NCBI GenBank assembly: GCA_017549925.1
Contig: JAFYNA010000042.1
Span: 1 to 33,542 of the forward strand
Direction of reading: 5' to 3'
Source: Clostridia bacterium
Lineage (GTDB): Bacteria > Bacillota > Clostridia > Oscillospirales > CAG-382
DNA length: 33,542 bases
Shown here: piece by piece, positions 1-8,698 of the stretch
Numbering within the stretch: the stretch's first letter is position 1
Layout of the letters: every line of letters starts with the position of its first letter
Program-made: the position numbers and the translations under genes
Notes under the pieces: model-generated
Told to the model about the DNA's origin: nothing
The model's input: the letters and a program-made list of their open reading frames with translations, nothing else
The model's database searches: none

Positions 1-105
1 GGTGTAGGTGTTCTCGTGGTCATAGCTTGCCGCCATGGGCATTAAGGTTGCAAAGGTGGGGGCCAGCAACGCCAGAACCAGCAGGGAGATGAAAGTTTTC
101 TTCAT
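1..105 (-). CDS. 5' part of a secreted protein (runs off the window edge)
   Basis: Reverse strand reads MKKTFISLLVLALLAPTFATLMPMAASYDHENTYT, a Sec-type signal peptide. RBS GAGAGGA lies upstream and there is a sigmaA-like promoter at 138-166. Not in the ORF track because it is truncated. Confidence 0.8.
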   Translation of the reverse strand, partial: MKKTFISLLVLALLAPTFATLMPMAASYDHENTYT

Positions 106-137
106 GGATGATTTCCTCTCTTTCTTTACTTGGGGAC

Positions 138-166
138 AGTATACTTTATTTTGGAGCAAATGTCAA
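138..166 (-). promoter_or_regulatory. sigmaA-type promoter for the CDS at 1-105
   Basis: TTGACA-17 nt-TATACT on the minus strand. Confidence 0.7.
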
Positions 167-281
167 TAAGAGGCGGATTTTTCCCCGAGTTGCACAGAAA
201 TGACGGGGTATAAATATACACTTTATACAATAGCGCGGGAAGAGAAAACAAAAGTTTTTTTGAAAAAATGTGCGCTACCTA

Positions 282-309
282 TTGAAATTTTCAAAAAAAA
301 GATTATAAT
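282..309 (+). promoter_or_regulatory. sigmaA-type promoter for the CofE-like gene
   Basis: TTGAAA-16 nt-TATAAT. Confidence 0.55.
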
Positions 310-403
310 ATTTCTGTGATATGGAAAATGCGGATAGTTCGGCATTTTATGAACGTTATCAACCGCCCGTTTCTGCGGGCTATAGAAGGGAAGAACCTAT
401 TTT

Positions 404-1603
404 ATGGAACAAAAAGAGAGAAGAGTTGGCACGATTTCCCGCGGAATTCGTTGCCCCATCATCCGTCAGGGAGATGACCTTGCTGCCATCGTTTCCGAGA
501 GTGTGCTTGCCGCCGCCGAGAGTGAAGGCTTTGCTCTTCGCGACCGTGACGTTATTGCTGTAACCGAGTCTGTGGTTGCACGCGCACAGGGCAACTACGC
601 ACACGTAGATGCTATTGCCGCCGACGTTCGCGCAAAGCTGGGCGGAGAAACCGTGGGCGTCTTGTTCCCCATTCTTTCCCGTAACCGTTTCGCCATCTGC
701 TTGAGAGGCATCGCCAAGGGCGCAAAGAAGATCGTCCTGATGCTCAGCTACCCCTCCGACGAGGTGGGCAACGAGCTGGTTAGCCTGGACAAGCTGGACG
801 AGGCAGGGGTGAACCCCTATTCTGACGTTCTGACTCTGGAGAAGTATCGTGAGCTGTTCGGCGTGAACAAGCACGAGTTCACCGGCGTAGATTACGTGGA
901 GTATTACGGCAATCTGATCCGTGAGAGCGGTGCCGAGGTGGAGATCATCTTCGCCAACCGTCCTCAGGCAATCCTGCCTTACGCGGATCATATCCTTACC
1001 TGCGATATTCACACCCGTGCACGTACCAAGCGTATTCTGAAAGCGGCAGGCGCTAAGGTCGTTTGCGGCTTGGACGATATCCTTACCGCTCCCGTTGATG
1101 GTAGCGGCTGTAACGAGCGTTACGGTCTGTTGGGCTCCAACAAGTCCACCGAGGACACCGTAAAGCTGTTCCCCAGAGAATGCACCGACCTTGTGTTGGA
1201 CATTCAGGCGAGAATTTTGGAGGCAACCGGCAAGCACGTAGAGGTTATGGTCTACGGCGACGGCGCGTTCAAGGATCCCAAGGGTAAGATCTGGGAGCTG
1301 GCTGACCCGGTGGTTTCTCCCGCCTTCACCGACGGCCTCATCGGCACTCCCAACGAGCTGAAGCTGAAGTATCTGGCAGATAACGATTACAAGGATCTTT
1401 CCGGCGAGGAACTGAAGAAGGCTATTTCCGACAGCATTCGCTCCAAGCAGAACGATCTGGTGGGTAACATGGCTTCTCAGGGTACTACCCCCCGTCAGTT
1501 GACCGACCTCATCGGCTCTCTCTGCGACTTGACCAGCGGTAGCGGCGATAAGGGCACTCCCGTGGTCTTGGTGCAGGGTTATTTCGATAACTATACCAAC
1601 TAA
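404..1603 (+). CDS. Coenzyme F420-0:L-glutamate ligase (CofE) family protein
   Basis: N-terminal 'PIIRQGDDLAAIV...DRDVIAVTESVVARAQG' and C-terminal 'SGSGDKGTPVVLVQG' match the CofE-family pattern. Strong codon bias. Confidence 0.8.
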   Translation: MEQKERRVGTISRGIRCPIIRQGDDLAAIVSESVLAAAESEGFALRDRDVIAVTESVVARAQGNYAHVDAIAADVRAKLGGETVGVLFPILSRNRFAICLRGIAKGAKKIVLMLSYPSDEVGNELVSLDKLDEAGVNPYSDVLTLEKYRELFGVNKHEFTGVDYVEYYGNLIRESGAEVEIIFANRPQAILPYADHILTCDIHTRARTKRILKAAGAKVVCGLDDILTAPVDGSGCNERYGLLGSNKSTEDTVKLFPRECTDLVLDIQARILEATGKHVEVMVYGDGAFKDPKGKIWELADPVVSPAFTDGLIGTPNELKLKYLADNDYKDLSGEELKKAISDSIRSKQNDLVGNMASQGTTPRQLTDLIGSLCDLTSGSGDKGTPVVLVQGYFDNYTN

Positions 1604-1617
1604 AAAGTGATATAAAG

Positions 1618-1651
1618 AAAGAACAGAACCTTCATCGGCTCTGTTCTTTTT
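1618..1651. terminator. Bidirectional intrinsic terminator, copy 1 of a 34-bp direct repeat
   Basis: AAAGAACAGAACC-ttcatc-GGCTCTGTTCTTTTT hairpin 14 nt after the CofE-like stop. Identical to 3534-3567. Confidence 0.85.
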
Positions 1652-1713
1652 GTTTGTAGGCTTTTTACTCTGCCGAACTCTCTGAAACGGAGAAAATAAC
1701 AATTTTTGCTCTG

Positions 1714-1742
1714 TTGACTCTACCAATGGTTTCGTGTATAAT
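1714..1742 (+). promoter_or_regulatory. sigmaA-type promoter of the XRE pair
   Basis: TTGACT-17 nt-TATAAT. Confidence 0.7.
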
Positions 1743-1794
1743 GAGGGCAACAAGGTCCGGAACTTGATTTTTCTTGAGAGGAATGATAAAGCAG

Positions 1795-2667
1795 ATGCAA
1801 ATGCAAATCTTTTTGGGGGAGCGGCTTACCGCTTTGCGCCGTGAAAAGGGCGTTACGCAGGAAGAGGTAGGCGAGGCTCTTGGCGTTTCCGGCAAAACCG
1901 TATCTAAATGGGAAAACGGGTCCTCTGCGCCCGCCTTGGAATTGCTGGCGGAATTGGCGCGCTATTACAACGTATCCGCGGATATGCTTCTGGGTTTGGA
2001 AGAAAAGCCTTCCGGGCGCTTGGAAGAGCAGATTGCTCGTCTGTTTGCCGGATTGGATCGCAAAGAGGCCGCAATGCAGGCCTTTCAATTGGTTCGTACG
2101 ATATTGCCCGCCGGGTTTGAGGCGTTTTGCGAAGATCCCAAAGAGGAGAAGCCTGCTGTTCCCGCCGCAGACAACGAGAGGCACTGTCTCCATCGGGTGG
2201 CTTCCCCGGAGATCTACCAATACAGCGTGGCCTCGGAGGAAATGAACCTTGCGGTGATGCTTTTGAGGAACCGTGCGGATTTTGGCTGGATGCAGGACAG
2301 CTCCTGCGCCGGGAAGATTACAGCACTGTTTGCCTTCCTTAGCGATACGGACGTTCTTTCGGTTTGCCGCTTCATACACTCGGATGTCTGTACACAGCAT
2401 TTCACTGCGGATTTTGTGGCGGCGCATACGGGCATCGGGCAGGACAAGGTAAAAACTATTTTGGATGCTTCCGTGGGCTTTGAACTGTGCCGTAAAATCA
2501 AAGCACAGCTTGCGGAGGGGGAGACGTTTATCTACGAAACCGACGGAAGCGGCAAGCTTCTTGCTATTATATCTCTGGCGTATCAGCATGCCTGTGATGA
2601 CAGTCGCGGATACGCATATCACTACAACAGCAGAATGACGTTAATGACAGGGGAGGATATGAAATGA
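1795..2667 (+). CDS. XRE (HTH_3) transcriptional regulator with a C-terminal winged-helix-like region
   Basis: 'LRREKGVTQEEVGEALGVSGKTVSKWENG' XRE motif. Start uncertain (1783/1795/1801); 1795 chosen from RBS GAGAGGA spacing. Confidence 0.85.
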   Translation: MQMQIFLGERLTALRREKGVTQEEVGEALGVSGKTVSKWENGSSAPALELLAELARYYNVSADMLLGLEEKPSGRLEEQIARLFAGLDRKEAAMQAFQLVRTILPAGFEAFCEDPKEEKPAVPAADNERHCLHRVASPEIYQYSVASEEMNLAVMLLRNRADFGWMQDSSCAGKITALFAFLSDTDVLSVCRFIHSDVCTQHFTADFVAAHTGIGQDKVKTILDASVGFELCRKIKAQLAEGETFIYETDGSGKLLAIISLAYQHACDDSRGYAYHYNSRMTLMTGEDMK

Positions 2668-3494
2668 GCTTTTCTCAAAACGTCAAGAGGCTTCGCACTG
2701 AACGAAACCTGACCCAAGAGCAGCTTGCAGAGGCTTTGGGCGTTTCGGCGCAGGCGGTTTCCAAGTGGGAAACCAGCGAGACCTATCCCGACGGATCTTT
2801 GTTAGTTCCCTTGGCGCAACGGTTAGGGGTTTCCCTGGACGAGTTGTTTGAAAACCGACTTGTATCCATGAGGGATCTCTCCCTTCGCATTGCCGAGTTG
2901 TTGAAGTCCGCTTCCGGGGAGGAGAAATTTTCCTTGATACGCGATCTTTGCTGGCAGGTGGAGAAGGGATTGTTTAACCGTTTGATGCCCATTGATATGA
3001 CTTACGATCCCAAAGAGGCGGAGAACAAGGAGAACTCCTCCTATATACTGGATGACCACGGATTTACCTTGGTGTCCAATAGTGACACGCCGTTTTTTGC
3101 GGTATTTCCCCAAACAAAGGAGGGCTACAAAGGCTGTGTAAGCGAACAAGATCGTTTGCGGGATATTTTTGAAGCGCTTGCCTATCCCAAGGTTTTAGAG
3201 GCGGTGTCGTACTTGTTTGGGCATGATTGCGGATACGTGTTCGAAGCCGCAGTTTTGGCAAAGGCGTGCGATATTTCCGAGGAGGAGACGCTGGAGGTCA
3301 TGGAGAGACTTTGCACGCTGGGAATGGTGTACCCGAGGGGGCTGTTCGTCAACGGAAAAGAACGCGTTCTCTTTAAAAATACTCCCAGCCACAAGCTGTT
3401 GGCGCTTTTCATCCTTGGCAGAGAGTTCTGCTACAACGGTCACTACGTTCTTCAAACTCACCAACGGAATGCGCCGTTTTTCAAACAGTCCTAA
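2664..3494 (+). CDS. XRE transcriptional regulator, paralog of the upstream gene
   Basis: 'LRTERNLTQEQLAEALGVSAQAVSKWETSETYPD'. RBS GGAGG; ATGA overlap with the upstream stop. Confidence 0.9.
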   Translation: MSFSQNVKRLRTERNLTQEQLAEALGVSAQAVSKWETSETYPDGSLLVPLAQRLGVSLDELFENRLVSMRDLSLRIAELLKSASGEEKFSLIRDLCWQVEKGLFNRLMPIDMTYDPKEAENKENSSYILDDHGFTLVSNSDTPFFAVFPQTKEGYKGCVSEQDRLRDIFEALAYPKVLEAVSYLFGHDCGYVFEAAVLAKACDISEEETLEVMERLCTLGMVYPRGLFVNGKERVLFKNTPSHKLLALFILGREFCYNGHYVLQTHQRNAPFFKQS

Positions 3495-3533
3495 ACAAAA
3501 AAGGCGCTATGAGCTGTTGCTTGTGGCATAAAC

Positions 3534-3567
3534 AAAGAACAGAACCTTCATCGGCTCTGTTCTTTTT
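3534..3567. terminator. Bidirectional intrinsic terminator, copy 2 of the 34-bp direct repeat
   Basis: Identical to 1618-1651; lies between convergent genes. Confidence 0.85.
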
Positions 3568-3572
3568 TGTTT

Positions 3573-4517
3573 TTACAAATACGGCTCAAAGAACTCTCCC
3601 ACCTCTTTGAGGTAGCGTTCCCGATCCGCGGGGAAGCAAAGGCCGTGCCCTGCGCCGGGGATGATCACCAGCCGTTTGGGGGCGTTGCAGGCGTCATAGT
3701 TCTCCTTGCTCATTTCCGCAGGGACAAAATTATCCGCATCACCGTGGATAAAGATCACGGGGAGGGTACTTTTCTTCATGGAGTCCACGGCGGAGCGTTC
3801 GTTCGGGTCAAACCCGCCGAAGATTTTTGCTCCCAGCCGTGCAAAGGGATAGAGCAGGTCCGCAGGGAGCTTCATATCCCGGATCACCTTCTTGATGATG
3901 GCTTCCGAGGAAGTATAGCCGCAATCCGCCAGCACGCCCACCACGTTTTTCGGCAGATCGTAGCCTGCGGCGGTAAGCACCGTGGCGGCACCCATGGAAA
4001 TGCCCGTGAGGATGATCCGCGCCCCGGGGTCGATCTCCCGAACAATGAAATTTGCCCAAGTCTGACAATCTCTGCTTTCGTTGACCCCGAAGGTGATCAC
4101 GTTGCCCTCGCTGTTCCCTGCACTGCGGTGATCCACCAGCAAAGCGTTTCGCCCCAAGGCAAAGCAACGGAAGATGCCGCCGCTGAGATCCCGCACGGAA
4201 TTGCCCTTGTAGCCGTGCATCAAAAGCTCAATGGGTGCGCCGGGGGCGTATTCAAAATACCGTCCCCGCAGGGTCAGCCCGTCAAAGGAGGTAACGGAAA
4301 CCTCCTTGCAGGGAAGCTCACTTGCTCTTTGGATCCAGTCCGCCATCTCCTCCTTGTAGGGGGCAAAAATATCGCCGTAGGGGAGAGCTTTGAGACTGCC
4401 GCCCTTGCGCCGTCCGGAGGGATAGTAAAAAATACGGAAAAAGCAAACGTACGCGGTGATGAGTGCTGCCAAAAGCAGAAAAATTACCGTGCCAAGGACG
4501 ATCCAAAGGACTGTCAT
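3573..4517 (-). CDS. Membrane-anchored alpha/beta hydrolase
   Basis: N-terminal TM helix, 'MHGY' oxyanion region, GISMG nucleophile elbow, 'FIHGDADNFVP' and 'GAGH' catalytic Asp/His. Confidence 0.9.
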   Translation of the reverse strand: MTVLWIVLGTVIFLLLAALITAYVCFFRIFYYPSGRRKGGSLKALPYGDIFAPYKEEMADWIQRASELPCKEVSVTSFDGLTLRGRYFEYAPGAPIELLMHGYKGNSVRDLSGGIFRCFALGRNALLVDHRSAGNSEGNVITFGVNESRDCQTWANFIVREIDPGARIILTGISMGAATVLTAAGYDLPKNVVGVLADCGYTSSEAIIKKVIRDMKLPADLLYPFARLGAKIFGGFDPNERSAVDSMKKSTLPVIFIHGDADNFVPAEMSKENYDACNAPKRLVIIPGAGHGLCFPADRERYLKEVGEFFEPYL

Positions 4518-4553
4518 AGAAAACCTCGCTGTGAAAAAATACCTTCTTCTTTT

Positions 4554-4582
4554 ATTTTATCACCTTGCCGCTTTTTTTGCAA
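4554..4582 (-). promoter_or_regulatory. sigmaA-type promoter (hydrolase)
   Basis: TTGCAA-17 nt-TAAAAT with extended TG. Confidence 0.55.
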
Positions 4583-4613
4583 CCGATTTTATTCAAAAAT
4601 TTTTCATTATTTG

Positions 4614-4642
4614 TTGATTTTTGAGAGATTTTTTGGTATAAT
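4614..4642 (+). promoter_or_regulatory. sigmaA-type promoter (acyltransferase)
   Basis: TTGATT-17 nt-TATAAT with extended TG. Confidence 0.6.
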
Positions 4643-4671
4643 AAAGCGATTTTTACGGATCGGAGACTTGC

Positions 4672-5958
4672 ATGAATATCGAAGTCAACTACAAAAACAA
4701 GAAAAAGTACAAGCCTAAGTATCCCATTCGCCAGCCTTGGTTTTTGACCTGGCTGATCCGCTTCCTTTCCGGCATTCTGCTGATCGGAAAGCCCCATCGC
4801 ATTGAAAAGGTGAACGTTGAGGGGCTCAAGCCGCCTTACATTCTCCTTTCCAACCACATGTATTTCATCGATTTTGAGCTGGCGGCCAAGGCGACCTATC
4901 CCCACCGTCTGCACAACGTGGTGAGCATCGACGGATTTTACCGCCGTCCCTTCCTGCTGGAGCTGATCGGGGCCATCTGCACCCGAAAGTTCACCATGGA
5001 TCTCCATTTGGTGCGCTCCATCCGCAAGGTGACCAAGCGGGGTGACGTGCTTTGTATGTATCCCGAGGCGCGGTATTCCCCCTGCGGCGTGACCTCTTAC
5101 ATTCCCGATGCCATCGGCCGCTTGGTGAAGCAGAACGGCGTTCCCGTGGTGACCATCGTTCACCATGGCAACTATCTGCACACCCCCTTCTGGAATTACC
5201 GCAAAAAGCGTAAGGTGCCGCTCCACACCGTAATGACCACTCTGCTCACCGCAGAGCAGGTGAAGGAGATGTCTCCCGAGGCCATCACTGCCGCCATCCG
5301 TGAGGGATTGCAGTACGACGAGTATCAGTACCAAAAGGATAACGGCATTTTGATTACAGAGCCCTTCCGTGCGGAGGGAATGCACAAGATCCTTTACCAG
5401 TGCCCCCACTGCAAGACAGAGTCTCAGATGGGCTCCCGAGGCGCAGAGCTGTTCTGCAAGCATTGCGGAAAGCGCTGGACACTGAAGGAGGATGGTTCTC
5501 TTGCCGCAAACCAAGGCGAGACGGAGTTTACCCGGGTTCCCGATTGGTTCGCTTGGGAGCGGAAGCAGGTGGAGGAGCAGATCAACGCCGGCACCTATTC
5601 CTTTGAGGATGAAGTAGAGGTGTACTCCCTGCCCAGATGCTGGAAATTTGAGACCTTGGGCAAGGCAAAGCTGTCCCACACCCCCGAGGAGGGCTTCGTG
5701 CTGACGGGAGAATACAACGGCGCGGAGTACCGCATCCAGCGCACCCCCATTCAGACCAACAGCCTGCACATCGAATACGATTACTGCTACATCAAGCCCT
5801 TCGATTGCGTGGATATTTCCACGGAGAACGATTCCTTCTATTGCTACCCCAAAAAGGAAAACGTGGTGACCAAGCTTGCCTTCGCCACCGAAATTCTGTA
5901 CTTACAGCAGGAAGCCAAGCTTCTGGAAGCCAGAAACGGGAAAGAAGCTACCCCGTAA
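4672..5958 (+). CDS. PlsC-like (lyso)phospholipid acyltransferase with a C-terminal extension
   Basis: NHMYFID (HX4D) and YPEA (FPEG-like) motifs; CPHC...CKHC zinc-ribbon-like pair in the extension. Confidence 0.85.
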   Translation: MNIEVNYKNKKKYKPKYPIRQPWFLTWLIRFLSGILLIGKPHRIEKVNVEGLKPPYILLSNHMYFIDFELAAKATYPHRLHNVVSIDGFYRRPFLLELIGAICTRKFTMDLHLVRSIRKVTKRGDVLCMYPEARYSPCGVTSYIPDAIGRLVKQNGVPVVTIVHHGNYLHTPFWNYRKKRKVPLHTVMTTLLTAEQVKEMSPEAITAAIREGLQYDEYQYQKDNGILITEPFRAEGMHKILYQCPHCKTESQMGSRGAELFCKHCGKRWTLKEDGSLAANQGETEFTRVPDWFAWERKQVEEQINAGTYSFEDEVEVYSLPRCWKFETLGKAKLSHTPEEGFVLTGEYNGAEYRIQRTPIQTNSLHIEYDYCYIKPFDCVDISTENDSFYCYPKKENVVTKLAFATEILYLQQEAKLLEARNGKEATP

Positions 5959-5960
5959 CG

Positions 5961-6001
5961 AAAAACCGCAGAATCCCTTTTTCGGGAGTCTGCGGTTCTT
6001 T
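5961..6001. terminator. Bidirectional terminator
   Basis: AACCGCAGAaTCCC / GGGAgTCTGCGGTT stem with A and T flanks, between convergent genes. Confidence 0.75.
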
Positions 6002-6006
6002 GATGG

Positions 6007-6846
6007 TTATTGCAGTATTGTGTAGCCGTTCACACCGGCGGCGGTGACCTCTTCCAGTCCGCGGAGATACCAGATCCCTTCTGCCAGGTTGGCTTCCTCC
6101 GTGCGGATGATCAAATTCAAGACGTAGATGCTTCCGTCTTCGTTTTTTGTGTAATCCAGGTCGTAATACGCGGTTCTCTCCATGTATCGGATGCCGTCTC
6201 CCCATTTTCCGGTGGTGGTTTGGGCGTTTTCATGGGCGGAGGCTACCGTTTCGGCGGGAACACCGAATTTCTCGTGGAACTTGCAGACCAGTGCCAGCAT
6301 GGTATCCACGGAAGTGCTTTTTTCGTCCGCGGTACGGAGAAGAATAACGCCTTCCTCGTGAGGTTCCGTTGCTACTTGGGCGAAAAGGAAGGCTTTCTTT
6401 TCTTCCTCGGTCATCAGATCCTCGTCCAAGGACAGCTCCATCAGCTTGATCTTTCCGTAATCCGCGCGGTGATAAAGATGCTCCAGCAACGCGGGCATCA
6501 GGTCGGGATCCTTCAGCTTGATAGCCACGGAGGTATCGCTGACAGAGTAGCAATTATCGCGGTTTCTGTAAACGTTTTCCACTTTGGTTACGCAGGAAGG
6601 ATCGATGCCCAAGGCTTGGCAGGCTTCCTTGGCGATCTGATCTCCCAACTCTTCCGTCATCTTCCCGCCTTTGCATTGGAATACCGCTATGGTGGGGCGG
6701 TAAGCCGCCATTTCCGCATACATCTCGCTGACCTCGGGGGTGAAAGCCTCCGGTGCAAACGATTCGGATGTGAGAGCAGAGTCCTCTGCTCTGCACCCCC
6801 AAAGGAACAACGCGGAAATCGCTAAAAGCAGATATAGCTTTTTCAT
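6007..6846 (-). CDS. Hypothetical lipoprotein
   Basis: MKKLYLLLAISALFLWGC lipobox, RBS AAGGAG, own promoter. Confidence 0.8.
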   Translation of the reverse strand: MKKLYLLLAISALFLWGCRAEDSALTSESFAPEAFTPEVSEMYAEMAAYRPTIAVFQCKGGKMTEELGDQIAKEACQALGIDPSCVTKVENVYRNRDNCYSVSDTSVAIKLKDPDLMPALLEHLYHRADYGKIKLMELSLDEDLMTEEEKKAFLFAQVATEPHEEGVILLRTADEKSTSVDTMLALVCKFHEKFGVPAETVASAHENAQTTTGKWGDGIRYMERTAYYDLDYTKNEDGSIYVLNLIIRTEEANLAEGIWYLRGLEEVTAAGVNGYTILQ

Positions 6847-6877
6847 AGAAATACTCTCCTTGCTATCTTTCTTATGT

Positions 6878-6906
6878 ATTGTACTTCATGTATCGGGCTT
6901 TGTCAA
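6878..6906 (-). promoter_or_regulatory. sigmaA-type promoter (lipoprotein)
   Basis: TTGACA-17 nt-TACAAT. Confidence 0.7.
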
Positions 6907-6951
6907 GAACTGATAAATAGAAATTGTTCCTGCCCGTTTGTATAGCTTGAT

Positions 6952-6993
6952 CAAAAAGCACTGTGGAAAACATGAAAACCACAGTGCTTTTTG
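6952..6993 (-). terminator. Intrinsic terminator of the degV-acyl-CoA ligase operon
   Basis: 15-bp perfect stem CAAAAAGCACTGTGG / CCACAGTGCTTTTTG. Confidence 0.8.
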
Positions 6994-7021
6994 TTTTGTA
7001 AATATATTACACAAGAAAATA

Positions 7022-8698
7022 TCAATCAATGGAAGTATCCAGCTCGAACCGCTTGATCTTACGCAAGGTGTTCTTGGGGAACTCGGTGCGGCGCACCTTC
7101 AGCTTGGCAATGCGCTTGTAGACCACTGCGGTACGGTTGTATTCGTCTACGTGAGCCTTCAAGAAGGCGGTGGGATCCTCCACGCCGTTCTTCTTACAGT
7201 ATTCGGGGTCGGGGTAGATCTCCGCTACGATGGCATCGTGGGCTTCTCCCCGCTTGCTCTTTCCTTGGTAGACCACCACTTCCAGCACGCCGGGCAGGGC
7301 GATCAGCTCGTTTTCCATCTCCTCGGGGTACACGTTCTTGCCGTTAGAGAGGATGATGAGATTCTTCTTCCGCCCGGTGATGAACAGAATGCCCTCCTCG
7401 TTCAGCCTGCCGTAGTCTCCCGTGTGGAAGTAGCCCTCGCCGTCAATGGCCTCCGCCGTGGCGGCGGGATTTTTATAGTAGCCCAGCATTACGTTGGGAC
7501 CTTTGACCAAAATCTCTCCCTCGCCGTTGGCATCGGGGTCCCGGATCTTCACGGTGTCCACGTCGATGACGTGACCCACGCTGTCGGGAACCACATGACG
7601 GGAGCGGTTCACTGCGATCAGAGGCGCGCACTCCGTAATGCCGTAGCCGTTGAGGGTGGAGATGCCCAACGCTTCAAAGAAGGCTAAGATCTCCCGATTG
7701 ATGGGGGCGCCCCCGGAGATCACCGTTTTGATCTCCCCGCCAAAGGCCTCCCGCACAGAGGCGAACAGCTTTTTCCGCAGGTCGATCCCCATCTTGCGCA
7801 GGGCGTTGCTCACCTTGATCATGGAGAAGAGAAGCTTCTCCTTCTTCTGCTCCTTGGCGTTGGCCAAGATCTTACGGTAGAAGGTCTCGAGATACAAGGG
7901 CACCAAAACCAAATGCCCCGGCTTTTGCTCTTTCAATTCTCTTTGAATATGCCGCAGACCTGCGGAGATGTATACCTCGGAGCCGATGATGGTATGCCCT
8001 AAGAACATAACCGTGGAGCCGTAGGTGTGATGAGGTGGCAGAACACCCACCGTTTTCTCGGAATAATCAATATAGGGCAGAGCGGCGGTGATGTTGCTGA
8101 TAATGGCCTCCTGGGTCAGAAGCACGCCTTTCCCTGCACCGGTGGTGCCGGAGGTGTAGACCAAAAGGGCGGGGGCGATAGGATCAATGGCGGGAAGTGT
8201 CACGGGATTGGCCTTCCCGTGGGAAAGCAACTCCTCCAAAGAGCCCTCGCCGCAGGCGTTCAGCCAAATGGGGGAATGCGCCAAGTCTGCACGGTCGAAA
8301 ATAGTCTCTGCCGCCTCCTGGTTTTCTTTGTCGCAGAAGAGGAATTTTGCCTCTCCTTCTCCTGCGGTGTGGGCGAGATCCTCGGGCTTCCAGTCCTTGT
8401 CCAAAGGCATCAGCACGCCGCCTGCGGACAGAACTGCAAAATACACCAACGCCCAATGGTAGGAAAGCTTTCCTACCACGGCGCAATGCTTGCCTTGCAC
8501 CCCCATGGAGGTCAACGCGGAGGCAAGGGCGGTGGCATCCCGATGCAGCTTCTCAAAGGAGACCTTTAAGATCTCCCTGTCGCTTGCCTTCTCTCTGTAA
8601 GAATAGGCGGTTTTATCTTTGTGGGTTTCACTTGCCCACGCTAAGACCTCGCGGACGGTGGTAAACTGCAAGCGGGGATGTAACTGATGGTTCTTCAT
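7022..8698 (-). CDS. Long-chain fatty acid-CoA ligase (AMP-binding family)
   Basis: YTSGTTGAGKGV, GYGITE, FHTGDYG, GRKKNLIILSNGKNVYPEE motifs. Confidence 0.92.
   Translation of the reverse strand: MKNHQLHPRLQFTTVREVLAWASETHKDKTAYSYREKASDREILKVSFEKLHRDATALASALTSMGVQGKHCAVVGKLSYHWALVYFAVLSAGGVLMPLDKDWKPEDLAHTAGEGEAKFLFCDKENQEAAETIFDRADLAHSPIWLNACGEGSLEELLSHGKANPVTLPAIDPIAPALLVYTSGTTGAGKGVLLTQEAIISNITAALPYIDYSEKTVGVLPPHHTYGSTVMFLGHTIIGSEVYISAGLRHIQRELKEQKPGHLVLVPLYLETFYRKILANAKEQKKEKLLFSMIKVSNALRKMGIDLRKKLFASVREAFGGEIKTVISGGAPINREILAFFEALGISTLNGYGITECAPLIAVNRSRHVVPDSVGHVIDVDTVKIRDPDANGEGEILVKGPNVMLGYYKNPAATAEAIDGEGYFHTGDYGRLNEEGILFITGRKKNLIILSNGKNVYPEEMENELIALPGVLEVVVYQGKSKRGEAHDAIVAEIYPDPEYCKKNGVEDPTAFLKAHVDEYNRTAVVYKRIAKLKVRRTEFPKNTLRKIKRFELDTSID

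Noticed and set aside
380-1753. 457-aa minus-strand ORF, and similar long antisense ORFs (3567..4718, 4552..5769, 9903..11108, 11529..13049, 15705..16892, 20712..21914, 31660..32892)
   Set aside because: These are shadow frames of well-supported genes on the opposite strand, expected from codon bias. They have no recognisable motifs.
1618-3567. IS element or transposon
   Set aside because: No transposase and no terminal inverted repeats seen. A 34-bp duplication is longer than typical IS target duplications. Kept only as a putative islet.
6952-6993. AGCAC-containing inverted repeat as a fourth operator (also the AGCAC half-site at about 11163)
   Set aside because: The geometry differs from 6-3-6. 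The first is better explained as a terminator and the second as part of an extended -10.
6996-7016. Rex-like TTGT...ACAA site
   Set aside because: Spacing and sequence deviate from TTGTGAA-N4-TTCACAA, and AT-rich intergenic DNA gives such matches by chance.
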